A stretch of DNA of 64,000 bases from a virus (Duplodnaviria; Heunggongvirae; Uroviricota; Caudoviricetes). The notes beneath the pieces are model-generated. The model was not told where the DNA came from, did no database searches, and saw only the letters and a program-made list of their open reading frames with translations. Shown here in pieces: positions 18,766-27,000 of this stretch. How positions within the stretch are numbered: the first letter of the stretch is position 1; each line of letters starts with the position of its first letter. Position numbers and translations under genes: made by a program. Where the stretch lies: IMG/VR virus record IMGVR_UViG_3300042870_001966; one strand, given 5' to 3'.

Positions 18766-19329
18766 ATGAAACTTAAAAGATTCACACAATTTGTTAACGA
18801 AGCAAAGATTAACGAAGCTCAAATCAAAGATAAAACTATCGTTGCTAAGCTTGATAGAATTCACGAAATCAAAACTCGATTAAAAGAATTGACAGCTGAA
18901 ACAAAAGCTATCAATACTGAGCTTGGTGCATTTGATGCAACAATGAAGCCGATCTTTGATGCAATGAAAGTCCTAAATGATAAGCTTGCAACAACTGAAA
19001 AATACGTTATCAAGATTTCAAGATACGGCGGATCTTCTGAAAACCCATCTTATGCTAAAGCTGTAGAGCAGGCACTAGGGTTAGTCGATGCTGCTGCTCA
19101 AGCAATTATCAACGAATGTGTTAGACAAAACACAGCAATATCAAACGTAAAACACTCATACGATATTGAAAAACTAGATGAATCTAAATTAACTGATAAA
19201 GCTAAAGCGATCGTTGCTAGGTTGTCTGGTAAAATCACAGCAATCGTTGCCAAGTTAAAGTCTTTCTTTGAGTCTAAATTCTCTAAGATCGATCAAGCAA
19301 ACGAAAAACTTGCAGCAATGATAAAGTAA
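18766..19329 (+). CDS. coiled-coil protein with CTS-like N-terminus (MKLKRFTQFVNE)
   Basis: Paralogous N-terminus. Confidence 0.55.
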   Translation: MKLKRFTQFVNEAKINEAQIKDKTIVAKLDRIHEIKTRLKELTAETKAINTELGAFDATMKPIFDAMKVLNDKLATTEKYVIKISRYGGSSENPSYAKAVEQALGLVDAAAQAIINECVRQNTAISNVKHSYDIEKLDESKLTDKAKAIVARLSGKITAIVAKLKSFFESKFSKIDQANEKLAAMIK

Positions 19330-19362
19330 TTTTTAGTAAAGGGAAACCTTTTTTAAAAAGTT

Positions 19363-19373
19363 GGTATAATAAC
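19363..19373 (+). promoter_or_regulatory. GGTATAATAAC motif upstream of leader and tRNA array
   Basis: Same motif. Confidence 0.45.
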
Positions 19374-19562
19374 TAGATAAATAACTAGACAAAAAAATTA
19401 AACTCGTGCAAATAACTACGAACATATCAAAAAATACTCAAAACTGGAATCAGTATCCGGCAGGCACAGTTAATGTGATTGCAATGGAGACGATTAAAGA
19501 TTTTGGGGTATTGCGAGGTTCTAGTGGTATAAGTTAAGAAATTACATAACTAACAACAACGA

Positions 19563-19597
19563 ACCTCGAACCTAAAAAATTCGAGGTTTTTTGTTTT
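19563..19597 (+). terminator. rho-independent terminator upstream of tRNA array
   Basis: CCTCGAAcct..TTCGAGG followed by TTTTTTG. Confidence 0.6.
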
Positions 19598-19602
19598 AGC
19601 AT

Positions 19603-19678
19603 GGTGAGGTAGCTCAGATGGTAGAGCACAGGACTGAAAATCCTGGTGTCGGCGGTTCGATCCCGCCCCTCACCACCA
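19603..19678 (+). tRNA. tRNA-Phe(GAA)
   Basis: Cloverleaf fold; anticodon loop CTGAAAA; CCA encoded. Confidence 0.8.
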
Positions 19679-19756
19679 ACAAAAAAATGAATAAGAATAT
19701 GAAACGTAAACGCTAAAGGCCCAGTGACTCCCAGAGTTACAGGTCTAAATACACAG

Positions 19757-19830
19757 GTCTTCGTAGCTCAGTTGGTTAGAGCACCTCACTTTTAATGAGG
19801 GAGTCACAGGTTCGAGTCCTGTCGGGGACA
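19757..19830 (+). tRNA. tRNA-Lys(TTT)
   Basis: Anticodon loop CTTTTAA. Confidence 0.75.
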
Positions 19831-19836
19831 CTAAAC

Positions 19837-19913
19837 TGGAATATAGCTCAATTGGTTAGAGCATTCGCCTGATACGCGAAAGGTTATAGGTTCGATTCCT
19901 ATTATTCCAACCA
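19837..19913 (+). tRNA. tRNA-Ile(GAT)
   Basis: Anticodon loop CTGATAC; CCA encoded. Confidence 0.75.
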
Positions 19914-19918
19914 AACAT

Positions 19919-19996
19919 TGCGGGATGCGTAGAAAGCGGTTATCTCGTCAGTCTCATAAGCTGAAGTTCCCGGTTCGAGTCCGGGTCCCGCAACCA
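19919..19996 (+). tRNA. tRNA-Met or Ile2 (CAT), atypical D-arm
   Basis: Perfect acceptor TGCGGGA/TCCCGCA; anticodon loop CTCATAA; CCA encoded. Confidence 0.6.
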
Positions 19997-20005
19997 AAAG
20001 AATAC

Positions 20006-20076
20006 ACGGATGTGGTGCAATGGTAGCATGCGGGTCTCCAAAACCCTAGATGGGAGTTCGAATCTCTCCGACCGTG
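20006..20076 (+). tRNA. tRNA-Trp(CCA)
   Basis: Anticodon loop CTCCAAA. One acceptor mismatch. Confidence 0.6.
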
Positions 20077-20173
20077 CAAATCTTTCGAAAGAAAGTGACT
20101 AAATTAAACCTAATGTGGTATAGTAATCATATAAGTTTAACAAGAGTTCTTTGACTTATTGGAGATTGAAAAT

Positions 20174-20244
20174 TGTCCTGTGGTGTAATGGCAGCACGTC
20201 TGGTTTTGGTCCAGAAGATCGAGGTTCGAATCCTTGCGGGACAA
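20174..20244 (+). tRNA. tRNA-Gln(TTG)
   Basis: Anticodon loop TTTTGGT. Confidence 0.7.
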
Positions 20245-20249
20245 CATAT

Positions 20250-20321
<72 letters not shown>

Positions 20322-20326
20322 CTAAT

Positions 20327-20432
20327 GATTAGATGGGCGTAATGCGGGATGGTACCCAAGTCCCGAACTCGAAAGAGGTAAGGTTGTCTACTCCGTCTTG
20401 CACGGTATCCGGTTCGAGTCCGGCTCTAATCA
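20327..20432 (+). tRNA. tRNA-like element, 106 nt, anticodon undetermined
   Basis: Perfect 7-bp acceptor GATTAGA/TCTAATC. Canonical T-arm TCCGG-TTCGAGT-CCGGC. The internal 72 nt do not fold as a standard D/anticodon arm. Confidence 0.4.
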
Positions 20433-20541
20433 CCCGGATCCATGCACGTCGAGCGCAAACCAATCGCTCTTCAGGTAGATTTGCATGGATAAACAACCCG
20501 TCACGGTATACCCACAGGGTAGGAGTGAACTGGAGAGAAAT

Positions 20542-20613
20542 GGTCCTGTAGTTAATCGGCTATAACGCCGCCCTGTCACGGCGGTATGCCGGGTTCGATT
20601 CCCGGTGGGACCG
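20542..20613 (+). tRNA. tRNA-Asp(GTC)
   Basis: Anticodon stem CCGCC/GGCGG, loop CTGTCAC. Confidence 0.8.
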
Positions 20614-20802
20614 CGAAAGTATATCAACAGAAGTCCGACTTGCACGGATGAAAGGAACCTTGGCTCCATGGGATTAGCTACCCAACCGGAGAGATATAAA
20701 TGACCCAAGGTACTCTGTTCAGGTCCCTGCTCTACTGTGCACAGTATCAGGTTATGGGGAACAAACCATAAGTAAAAACCGGAGCACGGTATACTTTTAT
20801 TT

Positions 20803-20874
20803 GGCCCGTTAGTCTATCGGTTAGGACACGCCCCTTTCACGGGTGAGAGACGAGTTCGATTCTCGTACGGGCTA
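20803..20874 (+). tRNA. tRNA-Glu(TTC)
   Basis: Loop CTTTCAC. Confidence 0.75.
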
Positions 20875-21020
20875 CTAAGAACAACGGTCTCTCCGGCCAA
20901 TGTGATGTCGACAATCACGGTCGGATCAAGAGTTCACCACCCTCAGCCTGGGCCCAGAGAAAACTCTGATGAAGCTGTTAAGATTGGAGCGAGACGGGTA
21001 CTCCAACGTTGTTCTTAAAT

Positions 21021-21097
21021 GGGCTGTTAGCTCAGTTGGCTAGAGCACCGCACTTGCACTGCGGGGGTCGAGAGTTCGAGTCTCTCACGGTCCACCA
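21021..21097 (+). tRNA. tRNA-Ala(TGC)
   Basis: Loop CTTGCAC; CCA encoded. Confidence 0.8.
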
Positions 21098-21102
21098 ACA
21101 TT

Positions 21103-21176
21103 GCCTCCTTAGCTCAGTTGGCCAGAGCGCCTCACTTGTAATGAGGATGTCGGCGGTTCGAATCCGTCAGGAGGCT
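21103..21176 (+). tRNA. tRNA-Thr(TGT)
   Basis: Perfect acceptor GCCTCCT/AGGAGGC; loop CTTGTAA. Confidence 0.8.
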
Positions 21177-21355
21177 CACATCGTATTAGGGTCGTGCCGC
21201 ATTTTGCCACGATACGAAATAGACTTGAGAGGATCAGAGGCGGCCGTGACTACCTCAAGTCGAAGTTAGATAGTGTCTCGGTACGCTCTGGTTAGTCGCA
21301 AGACTTTCTAACGACGAGGTCCCGGTGGGCAGAACGCGTCTGATCCCACCCACTT

Positions 21356-21431
21356 GCGGGAGTAGCTCAGTTGGTAGAGCGCAACCTTGCCAAGGTTGAG
21401 GTCGCCGGTTCGAACCCGGCCTCCCGCTCCA
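21356..21431 (+). tRNA. tRNA-Gly(GCC)
   Basis: Loop TTGCCAA; CCA encoded. Confidence 0.8.
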
Positions 21432-21434
21432 TAA

Positions 21435-21507
21435 GCGGATGTCGTATAATGGCTTATTACTCCAGCCTTCCAAGCTGGAGATGCGAGTTCGATTCTCGCC
21501 ATCCGCT
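21435..21507 (+). tRNA. tRNA-Gly(TCC)
   Basis: Loop CTTCCAA. Confidence 0.75.
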
Positions 21508-21588
21508 CGACCGGTGGCTCCCTTAATGGTTCGAGGCCGACCTCAAACATCGGTGATACGTCATACAGGGGGCGAAAGCGTATCAAAC

Positions 21589-21661
21589 AGTCCTTTAGCT
21601 CAGTTGGTAGAGCATCTGTTTTACATGCAGAGGGTCGTAGGTTCGAATCCTACAGGGACTA
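21589..21661 (+). tRNA. tRNA-Val(TAC)
   Basis: Loop TTTACAT. Confidence 0.75.
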
Positions 21662-21950
21662 CTATGAGCAAGAGATACTCAGTAAGATTGGTCGCATTCT
21701 TTAAAAAAGCGATGGTAGTGAAAAAGTCCTCGACCTTAATGGGGGATCGATTCGGGTAAACGTGAGCAAGACTCTGCCGCGCCGACGTAGAGAGTTGACA
21801 GGTTTTTATGTGGTAAGACACTAATGAAAAAGACTTATTGGGGGAGGACCGTATAGTCTAAGACGTCAATAAGGGATATGGTTCTCGAAACAGTCAGAGA
21901 AACCCGTTAAAATCCAGTCTTCGTACAAGTCTCAGTATGGAGCAAATTAT

Positions 21951-22027
21951 CGAGATGTTGGGGAGTCCGGTTACCCCGCCTGCTTTGGGAGCAGGAGAAC
22001 TCGCAGGTTCGAATCCTGCCATCTCGA
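21951..22027 (+). tRNA. tRNA-Pro(TGG)
   Basis: Loop TTTGGGA; 7-nt variable region. Confidence 0.65.
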
Positions 22028-22135
22028 CAAAAGAACCTTAGTAGAGGCTGACTCCACCAGCTAGGACGTAACGTTCAAGCCTAGCTGAAAGCACGCGCTT
22101 GCGCTGAAATGGTGGTCGAGGTTCTTTTATTTTAT

Positions 22136-22210
22136 TGGGTGTTAGCTCAGCGGTAGAGCTCTCGACTGTTAATCGAGTGGTCCCAGGTTCGAATCCTGGA
22201 CACCCAGCCA
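22136..22210 (+). tRNA. tRNA-Asn(GTT)
   Basis: Loop CTGTTAA; CCA encoded. Confidence 0.8.
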
Positions 22211-22348
22211 AGGTTGATTAGGGAATGATTGTGTCAATAGTTCGAGAGTGAATGCTGACTGACATAATCGGAGTTTGCAGGCATTCACCAGAGTAATGCT
22301 AATCGTAAAATGAGATGTCCACTGAACCATCTTCTCATTTCCTTACCT

Positions 22349-22435
22349 GCCGTAGCGCTGAAGTTGGAGAGTCAGGACAGACTGTAAATCTGTTGTCGTA
22401 AGGCTGAGTAGGTTCGAATCCTACCTGCGGCACCA
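22349..22435 (+). tRNA. tRNA-Tyr(GTA), type II
   Basis: AGACTGTAAATCTG anticodon arm identical to E. coli Tyr; CCA encoded. Confidence 0.75.
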
Positions 22436-22486
22436 AGTAGTTTTGAGGTGGGCGAATTCTACTCTAAAAAAATAATCCCTCCACCA

Positions 22487-22560
22487 GGACCTTTAGCTCA
22501 GTTGGTTAGAGCAGCGCACTCATAATGCGAAGGTCTCAGGTTCGAGCCCTGAATGGTCCA
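22487..22560 (+). tRNA. tRNA-Met or Ile2 (CAT)
   Basis: Loop CTCATAA; one acceptor mismatch. Confidence 0.65.
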
Positions 22561-22644
22561 CAAATTTTTTAGATTTTTTATCATCCGATTAAACCTAAAT
22601 CGATTTTTAATAGTATAGTAATAGTGTATCTTAATTTAAAACAA

Positions 22645-23034
22645 ATGACAAATACAAATTTAACTAACACAGTAGAACGATTAATGGAATTGCCTCAAGC
22701 AATCCAAGAATTGCAAATGGAAATTTTAGACCTAAACACTGAGTCTAACAAGAGTACCGAATTAATCTCCAATATCCAGTCAAAAATCAAGGTTGAAATT
22801 AACTCTGAAGTTGATGCAAACGGAAAGAAAACTTTCTCTAATGCAGAGGCAAGAGATGCTGAATTCATTGAGCGTACAAAGTTCAATTCTGAATTAGCAG
22901 GCCTTCGATCAGAGCATGACGCTTTACAGAGAGAAATTCAAGAGAAGAAAATTCAAGTTGAGTGCTTATCAAATGAGCAACGCAATAGCCGTTCAATCCT
23001 GAACTTTTTTGCAGGAGAAAACGAGACAGTTTAA
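22645..23034 (+). CDS. coiled-coil hypothetical protein
   Basis: ORF track 22624 starts at GTG. Internal ATG at 22645 is more plausible. Confidence 0.45.
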   Translation: MTNTNLTNTVERLMELPQAIQELQMEILDLNTESNKSTELISNIQSKIKVEINSEVDANGKKTFSNAEARDAEFIERTKFNSELAGLRSEHDALQREIQEKKIQVECLSNEQRNSRSILNFFAGENETV

Positions 23035-23526
23035 AGACATTAACTTTTAGCACTTTAGTTAATAAAGTTTCGATGAGTACTTTTCGCGAAACTCCAAAAA
23101 GGCCAACATTTGTAACGTTTATGTTGTAAAGGGTGACACTACCTGCAGAGGCAAATCATCCAATAACGATACAAGCTATTTCATTTAGCGTCTTTATGAA
23201 GTAGTGGTTGCTGACCCCAACCAGCAAGACCAAAGCATGTAACTATGCGGGTAGAGTTTGGGACAAAGGCGTGAGGAACAGTAAAGGCAGCCATGACTAC
23301 TTGATTGGAAATGTTTTACCCAGTACAATAAACCTTGCCGGGATGGTTACTACGCTGCAACGTGTCTTGCGGATATGGCAAAGGGATACTATAGACTCTG
23401 ACTATATAAACATCGAATTGAAAGGTACTTAATTGCCGGAAGAGGAGATAAAAAGAGTGTAGCTGAACAGAGCAGCGATGACACAGCACTCTTTTGATTT
23501 TAAACCACCATTCATTAATAATTAAA

Positions 23527-23552
23527 ACCGGCGTCAGCCGGTTTTTTTATGT
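23527..23552 (+). terminator. rho-independent terminator
   Basis: CCGGCgtcaGCCGG followed by TTTTTTT. Confidence 0.65.
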
Positions 23553-23584
23553 GAGATAAATAATAACACAAAATAATTAATTGG

Positions 23585-24454
23585 ATGGCGACTACTCCAT
23601 TTGCATACAACCCATCGCAAGCTACAATCTCAGGAGCTACTAATTTAGTAAATCTTGCAATAGGCGAGTCTGCTCAAGACTATTCAGCTCAGCCAGGCGG
23701 AGTTACTTGGTGGATGGGACCTGAAGATACAACCGGTTACTTAATTTGTAGACCTGTACCTGCAGGTAATCAGCCAACTCAATTAGGCGCAATCGGAACA
23801 GTTCGATTTGCCAGAAGTGCAGCTAAAACCGATCAATCTTTTCTAGACCTGGCGAATTATTTAAAGAGGGACTTGGGAGGATCTCCTAATTTAGCTAGCG
23901 CATCGGCTGCTCTTACTTGGTTAAATTCAAATGGATTTTGGACTTCATGGGTTCAGCCTTACGTTGCAGGTTTATATAAAACTACATACTCTGGGTATTT
24001 TGCAGATAATGTCAGTTTCTTTGCAACCGCAACGCCTCAAACATTCGGAGCAAATCCAGCTACTTCAGTACAAACTACTGTAATTACTGAACCGGGAACA
24101 GACGATGGATCAGATTTTAGTTGCCAATGGTTAGGTTATTTCAAACCAGCTACTACTGAAACTTATACATTTTACACATCAAGTGATGATGCATCGTATA
24201 TGTGGATAGGTGCAAATGCTCAGACCGGTTTCACTACAACAAATGCAACGGTTAATAATGGTGGATTACATGGGCCGGTAGAAGCATCAGGTACAGCATC
24301 ATTAACGGCCGGCGCGTATTATCCGGTCCGAATTCAATTTGGCGAACGCGGTGGAGGTGATGTACTAACATTTAACTACTCAACTCCGACTATCACTAAA
24401 ACGACTAATGTAACCGGATTAGTTTTCTATAATTCATCTACTAATAACTTCTAA
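23585..24454 (+). CDS. PA14-domain protein (putative carbohydrate-binding/structural)
   Basis: GYFKP..YTFYTSSDDASYMWIG..PVRIQFGERGGG PA14 pattern. Confidence 0.5.
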   Translation: MATTPFAYNPSQATISGATNLVNLAIGESAQDYSAQPGGVTWWMGPEDTTGYLICRPVPAGNQPTQLGAIGTVRFARSAAKTDQSFLDLANYLKRDLGGSPNLASASAALTWLNSNGFWTSWVQPYVAGLYKTTYSGYFADNVSFFATATPQTFGANPATSVQTTVITEPGTDDGSDFSCQWLGYFKPATTETYTFYTSSDDASYMWIGANAQTGFTTTNATVNNGGLHGPVEASGTASLTAGAYYPVRIQFGERGGGDVLTFNYSTPTITKTTNVTGLVFYNSSTNNF

Positions 24455-24483
24455 TTGTCTATTCATATTGGTATATTAATACC

Positions 24484-25149
24484 ATGATGAATGAATTTCA
24501 AAAGTACGCAATGAGCGAGCACGGGGTGTCCTCATTGAAATTAGATTATTACGGTAAACAAGTTGAGTCATCGATGACTCCTTATATTTTAGAGGAACGT
24601 GAAATGCGAGTTACTCAAATGGATATTTTCTCCAGATTAATGAGGGATCGTATTCTATGGGTCGCTGGACCAGTAAACGACTACATGTCAACTATTGTAC
24701 AGGCTCAGTTAATGTTCCTAGATTCTGTTGATAATTCAGATATCACAATGCACGTTGACTCTCCAGGAGGATCGGTTAAGTCTGGTCTATCAATGGTCGA
24801 CGTAATGGACTATATCAAAGCCGATATCCGAACCGTAAATACTGGCATGGCCGCATCGATGGGATCAGTGCTATTGGGCGCAGGAACAAAAGGCAAACGT
24901 AGTTCCCTAAGACACTCAACCACAATGCTGCACCAATCGTCTGGCGGTTTTAGCGGCAATATTCAGGATGCTGAAGTTGACTGGGCTGAATGGCAAAAAG
25001 TCAATCATGAACTTTTCGTTCTACTTGGTAAATACTGTGGTAAGAAAGCTGACCAAGTAAAGAAGGATGCAACCAGAGATTTCTGGTTAAATGCTGAAGA
25101 GGCAGTTAAGTACGGAATTATAGATCAAGTAATCACAAAGAAACCTTAA
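24484..25149 (+). CDS. clpP: ClpP-family serine protease
   Basis: SPGGSV...GMAASMG...HQSSGG catalytic triad context. Confidence 0.8.
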   Translation: MMNEFQKYAMSEHGVSSLKLDYYGKQVESSMTPYILEEREMRVTQMDIFSRLMRDRILWVAGPVNDYMSTIVQAQLMFLDSVDNSDITMHVDSPGGSVKSGLSMVDVMDYIKADIRTVNTGMAASMGSVLLGAGTKGKRSSLRHSTTMLHQSSGGFSGNIQDAEVDWAEWQKVNHELFVLLGKYCGKKADQVKKDATRDFWLNAEEAVKYGIIDQVITKKP

Positions 25150-25150
25150 T

Positions 25151-25567
25151 ATGAATAGAGTCTTAATTCTCCTACGTGGAGTTCCTGGTGCAGGTAAATC
25201 AACTGTTGCCAATTCAATATGGAATGAGTATGCCGTTTGCGAAGCTGACAAGTATTTTCACAACAAGGAAACTGGTGCATACGAATTTGATGTTACTAAA
25301 CTGAAGGATGCACATGAATGGTGTAGATCCCAGGTCGAGACCAGAATGAAAGACAGTCTGGTGAATCCACAATTTTACCCAGAGATTGTTGTCTCAAACA
25401 CATTCACCCAAGAGTGGGAGATGCAGGCATACTTCGATCTTGCAAAACAATACGATTACCGAGTAGTTTCTCTAATCGTTGAGAACCGTCATGGTGGAGA
25501 GAACGTGCATGGAGTACCAGCAGATAAGGTACAAGCAATGAGGGATCGTTTCCAAATTAAATTATGA
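25151..25567 (+). CDS. P-loop kinase, polynucleotide kinase (Pnk) kinase-domain-like
   Basis: Walker A LLRGVPGAGKST. VVSNTF resembles the T4 Pnk IISDTN motif. Confidence 0.5.
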   Translation: MNRVLILLRGVPGAGKSTVANSIWNEYAVCEADKYFHNKETGAYEFDVTKLKDAHEWCRSQVETRMKDSLVNPQFYPEIVVSNTFTQEWEMQAYFDLAKQYDYRVVSLIVENRHGGENVHGVPADKVQAMRDRFQIKL

Positions 25568-25795
25568 TAAAAACCGAGTCCTTTCTGGAGTATAGGATTA
25601 CTTACTCATGTCCGTTGACTGGCATGACTGGTGTGTGCTTCTGTAAGTGGTATGAGAAACTTAATGAGGTAATTAATATTTTTAAAATACCAAGTGAGTT
25701 TAAGCTGGAAGGATTTGACGGACTCAATTGGAAACTTATTAACAATAGCGTGCCAATTTTGGTATAATAATATAAACCTTAAACATATAAAAGTT

Positions 25796-26131
25796 ATGGA
25801 CAAAAAACAAGTAATGCAAACGATCCTAGATAAATTAGGAAAGTTGAGCAAAAAATTGGGCAACTTAATGATTTTAGCATTAGCTCTAGTTGCAGGCTTC
25901 TTTATTGGTTATTACTACTGGATGGTAACAAATAAAACCGCAAAAACTGAATGGGAAAATATTAAACCCCTATCAGAAACATCGGTTGCAATCAATGAGC
26001 GAAATGAATTGCTTGTAATCGACCGAAAATCTGGAATCTATTCAATTTATCAGGATTCAATCGGTATCGTTATTTTTAACCTGTATGCCAATCGCATCTA
26101 CAAACAAGTGGCACCAGCTGCTCAACAATAA
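25796..26131 (+). CDS. membrane protein (holin/spanin-like position)
   Basis: Internal ATG follows the GGTATAATAAT motif. One TM helix. Lies upstream of the transglycosylase. Confidence 0.4.
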   Translation: MDKKQVMQTILDKLGKLSKKLGNLMILALALVAGFFIGYYYWMVTNKTAKTEWENIKPLSETSVAINERNELLVIDRKSGIYSIYQDSIGIVIFNLYANRIYKQVAPAAQQ

Positions 26132-26651
26132 AATCATGTTCTCCGTAAAATCTCTAGTTGTTCTAATATGCTTAGTAGTATTTGGCGCAACATGGGCTTA
26201 CGAAATGCGTGAAAGGAAATCGAATGAATTGCCGGATGGGGTAATGAATATTCAAGATGCCCCTCCGTCAATTCAATTATACGACTACTTAAAGAAATAC
26301 TCTGAACAATATGGAGTTCCTTTCAATATCGCGTATGGAGTGGCTCACAAAGAAACAGGTTATGATGGTCCATTTGATTGGAAATACAATCCACAATTAA
26401 CTTCATCAGCCGCAGCGTATGGTGCAATGCAGATACAGGTTCCAACTGGCCAATCTGCATGGAAAGACGTCAAGGTAACTAAACACATGCTGTTGACTGA
26501 TCTTGAATTCAATGTCGAAACATCAATGCGAGTTCTTTCTAAATTAAAGAAGAGATTTGGCAGATGGGATATTGCTCTTGGCTGTTATAACACTGGAAGA
26601 CCTTTGGTAAACTCATACGCAATCGCAATCATAAACACAAAGATAAATTAA
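26085..26651 (+). CDS. membrane-anchored lytic transglycosylase (SLT domain)
   Basis: N-terminal TM helix. AHKETGY...YGAMQIQ. Alternative start at 26136. Confidence 0.55.
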   Translation: MPIASTNKWHQLLNNKIMFSVKSLVVLICLVVFGATWAYEMRERKSNELPDGVMNIQDAPPSIQLYDYLKKYSEQYGVPFNIAYGVAHKETGYDGPFDWKYNPQLTSSAAAYGAMQIQVPTGQSAWKDVKVTKHMLLTDLEFNVETSMRVLSKLKKRFGRWDIALGCYNTGRPLVNSYAIAIINTKIN

Positions 26652-26653
26652 TA

Positions 26654-26926
26654 ATGGCAGACTTTTGTAATAAATGCGCAGACGAAATGTTCGGCGAAGA
26701 TGCTTCACCGGATATTCAAGTTGAATCAATTGCAACTGGCCTTGAACCGGGATATTACATGCCAGTTCTATGCGAAGGTTGCGTAATGAGAATGATCGTC
26801 AAAGAAGAAGACGGCACAGTTAAAATTGGATACGATCCGCTTGACGACAGTGACGAATTTGTATTTGAAACTCTTGAAGAGTACTTACGTAAAGACTCTT
26901 CCCTTAACCGTGAACCCCTCCGTTGA
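26654..26926 (+). CDS. small Cys-containing protein
   Basis: CNKC...CEGC. Terminator downstream. Confidence 0.4.
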   Translation: MADFCNKCADEMFGEDASPDIQVESIATGLEPGYYMPVLCEGCVMRMIVKEEDGTVKIGYDPLDDSDEFVFETLEEYLRKDSSLNREPLR

Positions 26927-26928
26927 TA

Positions 26929-26962
26929 GTATCGGCGGACCGACGGCCTCCGATTGGAGGCC
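26929..26962 (+). terminator. rho-independent terminator
   Basis: GGCCTCCgattGGAGGCC followed by a T-run. Confidence 0.65.
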
Positions 26963-26977
26963 GTTTATTTTTTCGAT

Positions 26978-26988
26978 AGTATAATAAC
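26978..26988 (+). promoter_or_regulatory. AGTATAATAAC motif
   Basis: Same motif. Sits after a terminator and before the ORF at 27001. Confidence 0.45.
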
Positions 26989-27000
26989 TAAAAATATAAA

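Noticed and set aside
21757-21790. Sigma70-like TTGACA element in the spacer before tRNA-Pro
   Set aside because: There is no convincing -10 hexamer at 16-18 bp spacing. The host is probably Bacteroidota, with a different promoter consensus. This is likely chance.
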